Assembly: GCA_002633005.1 (NCBI GenBank)
Contig: NMRA01000135.1
Span: 270,373-334,372 of the forward strand
From: Phoronis australis
Taxonomy: Eukaryota; Animalia; Phoronida
Direction: 5' to 3'
Length of the DNA stretch: 64,000 nt
Positions within the stretch are counted from its first letter, which is position 1, and each line of letters starts with the position of its first letter. The notes beneath the pieces are model-generated. The model was not told the origin of the DNA. It ran no database searches and worked only from the letters and a program-made list of their open reading frames with translations. Made by a program: the position numbers and the translations under genes. Shown piece by piece: positions 14,619-24,200 of this stretch.

Positions 14619-16121
14619 AGTGGGAAAATTTCGATCCCAGCTACATACTTCAGCGAACTTAACCTAATCAAGCAATGGGAGGGGTTGTCGGTGGATTTGG
14701 GATTTATTCCTCTGCTTTTATATGTACAACTACGTAGTAGTGAATTTCTGTCCACACTGTCTGAGTACGGATCAAGCGGAAGTCGTTTTCTTGCTCTCAT
14801 TGGCTAGTAAAACGTGTCAAAATGTCATCAACGTTGGCCGACCCATCCAAGGTTTGACTCAATTAGCTATACTTATCTCATTGGTTTTTCTTGCAAGTAT
14901 ATTACAGTCAGTCTGTTCAATGAGCTAGCTCATTGGTCTGTTTCAGTGCTTCGTTATTTAGGTCATAAATAGGAGGGCGTGTCCTAGACAGGAATGGCAT
15001 GGTACAAGTTACGTTTCAGAGCATGACAGGACTAAATGGCGTGCAAATTTAGACACTTTAAAACAGTAAGAGGAACTGGTAACCATCTTCTGACAGTCTG
15101 TATTACGCTCGTTTGTTTTTAGATCGGCATCACAAACACCAGTTATAACCACGAAATTCAGAAGACATTCGCACCAAGGAGGATATAAAGGAGAATCTTT
15201 GCCCTATCCTAAGCGACGGTTGGCATTTGGAGCCTCTGATGTCAAGCGCGTCAAGTACCAACCACATACAAAAGAAGAAGGGTCTTCTTCCGCTAACAAC
15301 ACAGATTGTACATTAGTGGGCGACGAATTGCATCTTGCGATGGAACGTTTATCATTGTCATCTACTTGTAGCGACGTTACTTCTGAAGGACATGTAAATA
15401 CGTCGACCTCAAAGATTTAATTGTAGTGTCTTATAAAATACTTTGTAATTACACGCGTATCGTAATGTATCACATTAAATGATAGGTAAAAATGTAAAAA
15501 CGTTTTTACTCTCATAAAATCCTACTCATAATATTCCTTATCGCGATAGGATTCTATTATCGTTACCGACTGGTTGTAAATGATGTCAGAGCCTACCCTG
15601 CGAATGATGGAAAAGTGCAATCCTGCAGGATACAACTCACTGACGAAGCTGACGCTAACGAGGGAGGAGAAAAAACCAACTAGCGATGCTTTGCTTTTGA
15701 TTTTAGGGTATAGTTGCTTAAACGAAACTGTTGAAAAGTGCCCCCGCTTCTCGACACATTTGGCTAGTGGCAAGTTTTCAAATGTAGCCTCTTCTACATG
15801 TATTAAAAAGTAACCTTTAATTTATTTATTTTTTAAAACTTTTAAAGTTTATTTGCATAAACTGATAATAACAATGGAATGCAGTAGAAAAGGAAACAAA
15901 CACACAAACACATTCACTCCCACATTCACACATTCCAGCTCTGCTTGAATTTATACTGAATGTCTAAGGGTTTCAAAAAATCCCAACAAGTCAGGGGATA
16001 ATTCTCTAGATTTCATGCTTTTCAAGACAGTGTCAAATAAAATTGTGTGAAACCTCTGAAGAACAGGAATACGTGAAGACTTCGAGCAAGTATATATAAA
16101 GTACTGAGATAACGTTAATAC

Positions 16122-16226
16122 GAACTTACTTTAAACACTTGATGGAACTGTGCTCAACCGTCATCTTCAGTTGGTCTCCTACTGTCCTTAATGGTTTCGT
16201 CCCTAAACCAAGACCATCTCTAGTAG
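16122..16226. repeat. Left copy of the 105-bp terminal direct repeat
   Basis: Matches 18731-18835 except for about 3 substitutions. Confidence 0.95.
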
Positions 16227-16234
16227 GCGGGACA
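16158..16234 (-). ncRNA. Putative hammerhead ribozyme with non-circularly permuted strand order (3' UTR of the retrotransposon)
   Basis: Minus strand: UGUCC cg CCUAC uagag AUGG-UC-UUGGU uuaggga C-GAAA-CCAU uaa GGACA GUAGG ag ACCAA-CUGAAGA-UG. Stem III is AUGG/CCAU and stem I is UUGGU/ACCAA, with a GUC cleavage triplet and both core boxes. Stem II is weak. Confidence 0.6.
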
Positions 16235-16244
16235 ACAGAGTTGA

Positions 16245-18566
16245 TCAGGCTCTGCCTGACGGTTGTTGATGGTATTGCTGTTGGTGCTTCATCCATATCA
16301 AACAAGATGCCTGTTCAGCTTCGGTGGTCACATCGCGTAGAAGAACCTTCTTTCCTGTCGCAGTGACGCCCAGAGACCTTGCCATAGCAGTAACCGAGCT
16401 GGCCGGAAAACCACGGCAACCAACCTCCACAGAAAAATTCCAACACCTCCAGCCGTTAACGTGGCAGTCACTCCTCAGATCAGTATATTTCAGGTTCTTC
16501 CGCTCGTGTGCCTCTTCTACCCTACTCTCCCACGGAATGGTGAGCTCGATCAGGATGATCTGGTGGGAACTGTCCGAATAAAGAACCAAGTCAGGGCACT
16601 GGGTAGCCTAGACAATGTGTTGTGGGAAGGATGACTGGTGGCCGGCAAGATCAACCCACAATTTCCAGTCGTTGGTTGTGTGAAGGATGCCTTTTTGCGC
16701 TGGTGTCTTCCCNNNNNNNNNNNNNNNNNNNNNNNNNNNNNNNNNNNNNNNNNNNNNNNNNNNNNNNNNNNNNNNNNNNNNNNNNNNNNNNNNNNNNNNN
16801 NNNNNNNNNNNNNNNNNNNNNNNNNNNNNNNNNNNNNNNNNNNNNNNNNNNNNNNNNNNNNNNNNNNNNNNNNNNNNNNNNNNNNNNNNNNNNNNNNNNN
16901 NNNNNNNNNNNNNNNNNNNNNNNNNNNNNNNNNNNNNNNNNNNNNNNNNNNNNNNNNNNNNNNNNNNNNNNNNNNNNNNNNNNNNNNNNNNNNNNNNNNN
17001 NNNNNNNNNNNNNNNNNNNNNNNNNNNNNNNNNNNNNNNNNNNNNNNNNNNNNNNNNNNNNNNNNNNNNNNNNNNNNNNNNNNNNNNNNNNNNNNNNNNN
17101 NNNNNNNNNNNNNNNNNNNNNNNNNNNNNNNNNNNNNNNNNNNNNNNNNCAGATTCTTCTTGCCCTTCTTCGCTCGGTGTATGAGTTCACTTATGATAGA
17201 ATTATGTTCCAGGCATCCAGAAAAGCCTGGTACCCCGCCTTTCTGTGAAGATGTGTCAATATACTTGTTCTTGATCATGAAGTCTGTCATTCTGCCGGAT
17301 AGGATTGCTAAGTAGATCTTTCCTTCCACGCTGAGCAGTGAAATTGGTCGAAACTGGCTAATCTGCTTCGAGCCTTCTTCTTTCGGAACATAAACTCCTT
17401 CAGCTCGCCCCCACTTGGCTGGAACTACGCCCTTCCTCCAGAGGATCTTAAACAGCTTCCAGAGCCTTTCTCTCAACTTGGAACACATCTTATAGACCTT
17501 TTAGGAAATTCTGCTTAGACCAGGGGCTGACCCCGGTCGGGCTTTCTTCACAGTGCTATCCACTTCTGACTTCTTAATGTCCCCCAGATCAAAACCTTCC
17601 TCTGGTAGATCTTCAGCCTCTAGACCTGGAAAGTCGCCAAGGGGAGTATCTTTCAACTCATCGCTGTGAATTTTGGCAAGGTGCTTCTCCAACTCTGCCC
17701 GGGTGCAGGTAAGTGTTCCGCTTTTGCTCTTGCCTAAAAGCCTTGAAGCATACTGATAGGGGTTCCTAATGAATTTTTTCTCTCTGCCTTGACCGTTTCT
17801 TCCTATTTTGTGCACCTCGTTTTCCTTTGCGGAGGGACAATAGTCGCTTGCGGGCCTCAGATGTCAGGTGAGTTATTCCTGCTTTTTCGTGCTCAGCTGC
17901 ACTCTTCCACAGGCGACGGAGTTCTCTAAGTTCTCTGCGGATAGTTGCTATTTCCCGTTATCGTCTGTTTGGTCCTCGTGGGTTTGATGTTTCCTTTCTT
18001 TTCTCTACTGTTCCAAAGCGGTCCACACTGACTTGGTAAACAATCCTAGTCATAGCCTCAATCTTTGTCTCTGCTGGACCTCGAAGAGTGACACGTAAGA
18101 TGCTATCTAGATCATCGTCTAAGGTTGACCACGCCTTCTTATCAGCTGCTGATGGCCACTTGATTCGATCCTTCTTTGCAGTATCTGGTGGACCTGCTGA
18201 ACTGGCTGGAACTGGATTCTGATATACTTCAGCTTCTACTACTAATGCTTCCATCTGATGCGTAGCTGGGAGGTCTTCTGCACTGTGGTTTGAGACCTGG
18301 CTCAATCCCTCCCCCGTCTCACCGGACGTGGCGCCCAAGCGTTGCCTTGCGACCTGACGTAAGCACTCCATCTTTCCTTGGTGAATCTTCAACCCACTTA
18401 AATTCTTCAGAATCGTTCCACACACACAGGTTCTTGATACTAAATCGGTGTTCGTAATCGTAGTCCTATTCGGTCCGGTCGTTGCCGTTTGAGGTCTGTC
18501 GTTGGACTCTTCTTGCATCCTCCCTCTCGGAGAGTCCTGAGGTTGTCTTTCTGGTAATTTGGACAT
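16245..18566 (-). pseudogene. Disrupted single ORF (ZF-RT-RLE) of the retrotransposon
   Basis: ORF fragments 17958-18566, 17501-17815, about 17150-17488 and 16245-16589 are collinear pieces of one RT/RLE polyprotein. Confidence 0.85.
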
Positions 18567-18601
18567 AGCAATATGAATGAGTGTGTCCTCGCGAACACTT
18601 C

Positions 18602-18659
18602 AGACGGACAGCTAATCCGAGCTGAATCCGATGCTGTCTTTCCACGCTGTCATCAGTCT
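18602..18659 (-). ncRNA. Type-I hammerhead-like motif in the retrotransposon 5' UTR (cleavage site degenerate)
   Basis: AGA-CUGAUGA-CAgcgUG-GAAA-GACAGC-(20 nt)-GCUGUC-CG-UCU: both core boxes, a 6-bp stem III, a 2-bp stem II and a 3-bp stem I, but CG replaces the canonical UH. Confidence 0.5.
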
Positions 18660-18730
18660 CTCCCGATGTCCCTTGTATTTCCAAGTGTCATCCATCCTAT
18701 TCATGGAAGTCACGGCTTTGCCGATAACAA

Positions 18731-18835
18731 GAACTTACTTTAAACACTTGATGGAACTGTGCTCAACCGTCATCTTCAGCTGGTCTCCTACTGTCCTTAA
18801 TTTTTTCGTCCCTAAACCAAGACCATCTCTAGTAG
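18731..18835. repeat. Right copy of the 105-bp terminal direct repeat
   Basis: Matches 16122-16226. Confidence 0.95.
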
Positions 18836-19107
18836 TGATTAATTTCGTAGCCATGATCTCCAAAGTAAGCAAATAGCAGGACACGCTTTTCAGCCAGTAA
18901 CAGGTTATCTCCAACGACGTTTCAAATCCAAGTTAGTAATTTATTCCAAAAAGAAAGTACATGCTCACAGTCCAAAAAAGTTTCTACCACTCCGCAAATT
19001 GAGCATTTGTCGTTTTGGACTATTTTCATTTTCTTTGAAAAATATTTTTGTGTAAACTTTTTATGAATGTGATAATACTTAAAAACTTTCAAATGAGGTT
19101 GGAGCAA
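18836..19107 (-). mobile_element. Degenerate L1/Tx1-like LINE 3' end (zf-RVT-like), interrupted by the HERO-like element; continues at about 15840-16121
   Basis: KMKIVQNDKCSICGVVETFLDCEHVLSFWNKLLTWI resembles the C-terminal Cys/His domain of L1/Tx1 ORF2. The left flank reads VLTLSQYFIYTC..., the expected continuation. Confidence 0.55.
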
Positions 19108-20044
19108 CCTTCATGATTTCGGCCTCACTCAAATTAGAAAATGATTTCTAGGCTGGAGAAGAATTCTTTAGTAGTTGTTTTAGACAAGACCCGATAAATT
19201 GCTCGTGACGCCGAGTCAGTTTCAGACGGAAAGATAGTCTGTCTGTCATGGGAATTCAGATTTATAGCAACAAATTCAAACAAATGTGAAGAACGCTATG
19301 GGTCTGACGACTTAGAAGCAAAAAGTTGGTGTTTTTAACACTACGTAGCGTCCAGGTTATAATCTTTGTACTCGAAATTAAATTTGAAAATATGTTTGGC
19401 ATTTGCACTTTCAACTTAAATGCTAACTCAAAACGGTTGTCTATCGTTGTGCTCATTAGTTTGCATGTTAACGCTAGCCTTTAAGTTAATAGTTCGAGTC
19501 TGAACTCAAAATATCCGAGTTTTAACTCGAAAGCTCGAGTTTCTACTCAAGTTTGTAGCTCGAATCTTGGGGGTCACCAAGCACGAACTTGGTCTAGACA
19601 CTCATCTGTGTAGTAAACCATAAGAGTAACAACAAATTGTATGGAGTTTGTATTCAAGTAGACAGGAAAATGTCAAAATTTGTTCGAATTCTATTTCTAC
19701 TAAAAGATCAGACCTGGGCGCAAAACAGAGCAGCTTCAAAATGGCTATGAACCAGCCAACAACATGTAATTTAAAACACTTAAAGCAATGACATTGGTCT
19801 CAAACTGTTCCTTAGTCAAAACTAGTGTGATTTATGATCTTGAAAAAAACTGTCAACTCGTTATTGCTTGAGACAAGGCGTCGTGTCATTTTATTGGCCG
19901 ATCACGATCTCGTGTAATAACGACCATTGCAATGCTAAAATTCACTCCTCGCTTGAAAAAAGAACTGTTTAGACTTAATTTAAAGCGGTATGTGGTTTAG
20001 GTTTAAAGGTTTTTTCTTCGACGGAAAGCGATTTTGTTGTGGCT

Positions 20045-20520
20045 TTAAAGAGTCCTGGAACGCCATAAACAGGCGAAATTCCAATATTGATAATGGTTTT
20101 CTGAAACTGACGCAGAATTCAACCTGCTCACTTCTCTGCCACTGGAGCAGAATTCAACCTGCTCACCAGATATTTTAGGTGTGTTGGTAAAACTTCTGTT
20201 ATTATCAAAGCATTTCTTTTAGTTTCAAATTAAAAAAACGATCTCGCCACTTCGATTTTCCTCCCACAAGGCAAAGCACGTCTTCTTATTTAGTACGGCA
20301 AGAATTAGACGTAGCGCATTTGCCTTACGTGGAAAATGTGACCTTTGACCTCAACCGACTTCAAACAATAAACTGTTAGCGCATGCGCGTATTTATCATA
20401 AGTGGGAGGGAGATAAGAAACTCTGTGGTAACCACAGAGTTTTTCCGTCGCGCATACTTGAAAAATCTTGAATGTTGTGATCTTTTATGGAAATTTCCAG
20501 ACGTTGCGAGATGGTAATTT
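20045..20520. repeat. Dispersed repeat (second copy about 24957-25430; fragment about 63058-63150)
   Basis: Shared AGAGTCCTGGAAC, AATTCAACCTGCTCACCAG and GGAAAATGTGAC blocks, starting at TTAA. Confidence 0.7.
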
Positions 20521-21244
20521 TGTCAGTAAAAGTGTTCTTTTGAACTGCGTTCTTCAAGATTAGTATCTTGCGAGTTTGGCGACACGCGAGCGAAGCACGT
20601 GACTGTCAGGAATCGGATTTAGTGAACATTAACTCGCTGCGTAGGAGAGTGGTGGCGCTGTTGCAAACGATATCAACCAGGTGGCGCTGGTAAAACGTCC
20701 GGGAAGTCGCACGCACGGAAAAGAAAAGGAGACTCACGAGACGCGGGAACGCAAAAAGAAATCACAATTTTGTTTGTCAGGAATATTGACCAGTGGATTT
20801 CTGGTGTGAAAAGTACAGTTAACTCAGCCGTTATGAAATAAAAAGGCTTTAAAACTGTTGTGCGACACTGTACTAGTTCGACGGACTGTGAACAGTGTGA
20901 ACAACTTCAGTTTCAGAGTACAAACCATGTGTGGAAAGTGGAACCATTTCGTAATTATATAGCATGGGCGTAATTTTAAATTCAGTTAACTTGAGTCGGG
21001 ACATTGACATTTAGTTCAGCGTGGTGCTTCAGGAACTTTATAAAGAACTCTCATTTAAACAAGTTTAACATGGTTTATTAGTTTCATTAAAGTTATATTT
21101 TAACCACACACGGAGTTAGAGTGATCATTCCGCACAAACCGTAACAGTGACTTCACTGGCTTTCACTCGCTCCACACAAATACTATTGTGGCGTAAACAG
21201 TAAACTTTTGTACTTCTTTTACGTGAACTGCGCATGCGTTGTGC

Positions 21245-24200
21245 CTACGATCGTCGCGCTCGAGTCCCTTTGAATGACGCTAGGCACTGCATTACAGTCA
21301 ACACCAAACAAACAGCACAAGAACAGGCAAAGCATGACAAAATTACATAAGAAGGACCTTTGTTTGTCATAAGGTATCCACTAAACCAAACGAAAACCAA
21401 ATCACCAGTGCTATAACCAATATCATTGATTGCAGCTACTGGTGCTGTGACTTCAATATACCTGTCCAACCAAACAAAAGCGGCAGTGTAACCATTGCGT
21501 GCAGTCGCGGCATAACAACACATGACCACCCAAAAAGTCGTCTGTGCGTGATGTGGCATAAAAAATGTCACGTATGCAAGAAATCCAGCTGCAGAGTATA
21601 CAGTAAAGAAAAAATAAGTTTGAATGGGTAATATCTTCAGCAAAAGGATGCTGACAATCCGAGAGCCAGCCGAAACCAGATTATAAGTCGTAAACATTAA
21701 CACGGCCGTGTGTTCGTCAAACTTCAGTCTGATGTCATCGACGCCAATGGCCACCAAGAGATATGTGAACGGTGTATCCCGGGCAATGGTGGTAAAGCTC
21801 AGGAATGGTACAAAGATGAGTAGCACAATAAACAGCTTCAACGTTCCTCGTGAAGTTTCTTCCGATATTGTAACCTTAATTGATTTTTTTGTGCCTTGAA
21901 GCTCCGTCATAGTTGCTGGGTGCTTGTACAGCGCGAAACAGACGAAAATAAATGAGCATGCGGCATTGTAGGAGCCGCATATTGCATAAGGAATTTGAAT
22001 TTTCGTTCGAAATGTCGAATTGTCCCCTGTTGCTAAAAAATCATGGCTTCTGAACTCTGACCACACGGACTGTGCTGTTGAATTAATGAATTCGTTGGTA
22101 CTGTTTTTGTTGAGTATAAATGGTGACGCTACAAGAGGCGCAACCAACTGTCCAACACTGTAGGCTAAATGATATCCGAATACTGCCGTTGATGCTTTGG
22201 TCTGCCACATGGAAATGCACAGAGGATTTGAAACTGGAAAGCAGAAAAGGAATAATTAAGGTCAGAAGGTCTTCCACTAGATAGCGCTGCCGGTTGGTAC
22301 CCTCGCCCTTCCAAGATCAGCAACTGCTTGCTTGCCAAAGGCATGCGATTTAATAAGCCCCACACAACATTTAACACACGTTTTCAGCGCTAAACCGTGG
22401 GAACCAATTTGTTGAAACAGTTTTGGCTATATCGACGTCTTTTAAGGACCACATAGACCAACAATTTTGCTTGATTAACGTCAGGTAGAATTAAGTCAAA
22501 ATAACACAAGCAGCAATTTCTCCATCTGTTCTTCGGCTAGACACGAGTATGCGGTCACTGATCACTCGCCTACATATGTCTCAAAACTACGGGACGCATT
22601 TTGAAATAACTCGAAATAGGGAAGATTTATTTGTACACTTCTTGCAGGGAGCTGATAGCCAAGGTGTGGGAATGTTTGCCCACCTATCATTTGAAAATTA
22701 AAATCTTTAAACGGTCGCCTTTGGTGCGTGAACTCGCTTTTGCTCTATTTTCCATGGCTGACATTACATTAACTAACACATCATATCATACTGTAGTTTG
22801 CGGCTTTTCTGCGTGGACTAGCTCTTTCTTTTAGGTACTCGTGGAATTGGGTATGGCGAGCGCGGGTCCCAGGGAACATCTCGAAAACGTGAAACGAGGC
22901 GGCTCGGCGGAAGTAATGTTTTAAGGTTTGCATAGGCCAACTAACTGTGTGAAAGGTTACCCCATCTCCCTACACCCACGTGTGCCTCAGATTAAGTGAA
23001 ACACAAGCATGTCGATATATCGAAACATTGAAACATCATTTCTCGAATCGCCTCGTCTCATGTTTGGCACTGTAATGGCTGCCATTGATGTCAACTAAAG
23101 AAAATCATTGTTTACATGTTTGTAACACAGGCCGGTCCAGTTGAAGATTATAATTTTCAAACACCATCTGAGTGAAAATTCACACATCTTGATTGTGCTG
23201 TCATAAAAAGAATTTAATACGTTGTTTCTTTTTTTATTCATTCTTATTGCTGAAAATGGGTGCCATAATTTCGAGACACCCTTCAAAAGAAGAAAAATCT
23301 ACATTTGAATCAAAAGTTCAAACACTGATGTAACAGCGCAAACAATACAATGCATACGTACATCATCACGTCACCAGGGGTACCGTAGAATCATACGCAC
23401 GGGTATACAAACCATACGTACGAACCTATACATCATGCATATGAACCCGTGAATCATGCATACGAACTCAAAAATCACGCATACGAACGTGATTTTTGTT
23501 CGTATGCGTGATTTTTGGGTTCGTACGCCTGAATCATAGGTTCGTACTGGTTCATGCGCAAGATGCGATGCTCGTCCTTATATTCTATGGTACCCCTGTA
23601 CATGAATACTTTAAATTAATTAATAAGCATTTGTTTTTTACTCTCCACACAATACCCATTATCATATGCCAAGTAGCTCAATTAGGATGATCCCCTAACA
23701 GGCTACTGTTATCATCGGCACGTAAAAAGAGTGCCAAAATGCCATCCCTTCTGGCACGGTTGGCTTAGGCCTACGCTTATCCATCCAGGAGAGAGGTGAG
23801 AAACTAATCATTACATTATGGCAAGATAAATTTTATTAGAGTTAGGGCTCAATTAATGATTCTCGTGTTTAGGTCAGTAAGCACGAGTGCGTTCCATAGA
23901 CGTAGGATTTACCTCACGAAAACGCAAGATCACGCAAGACTTCGCGAGATATCGTCGTGCAGTACAAGCAAAGTACGTGATCGCACGCCTAGCTTCCTTC
24001 GCAAGATTTTTGCGTCTACGCAACTCAGCCCATGATATCCTCTGTCACAGCAAGGAGGAAATGACTTTGAAGTGCATGTACGTGCGACACGTACGTACAA
24101 TTGGAAACGTACTTGTGCTCATGGCCGCTTGGCTTAATCCTAAGATGAAGTAGAAAACTGCTAGAAGTTCTAGGTACTTTGGTGGTGTCCAAGGAATACT

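Larger units (their letters stand above)
16122..18835 (-). mobile_element. Non-LTR retrotransposon with restriction-like endonuclease (HERO-like), degraded, bounded by 105-bp direct repeats
   Basis: N-terminal zinc finger CVCGTILKNLSGLKIHQGKMEC; RT segments GVYVPKEEGSKQISQFRPISLL and SQKGGVPGFSGCLEH; C-terminal RLE (PD)LVLYS..IILIELTIPWE..EAHERKNLKY..VEVGCRGF. It has internal stops/frameshifts and an assembly gap. Confidence 0.9.

Noticed and set aside
13021-14800. Paired short ORFs in the duplicated segment
   Set aside because: No recognisable motifs; they appear twice only because of the duplication.
18675-18715. GGAUGA-CACUUG-GAAA on the minus strand, a possible third hammerhead core
   Set aside because: It lacks the CUGA turn and a convincing stem III/UH; too degenerate to call from one copy.
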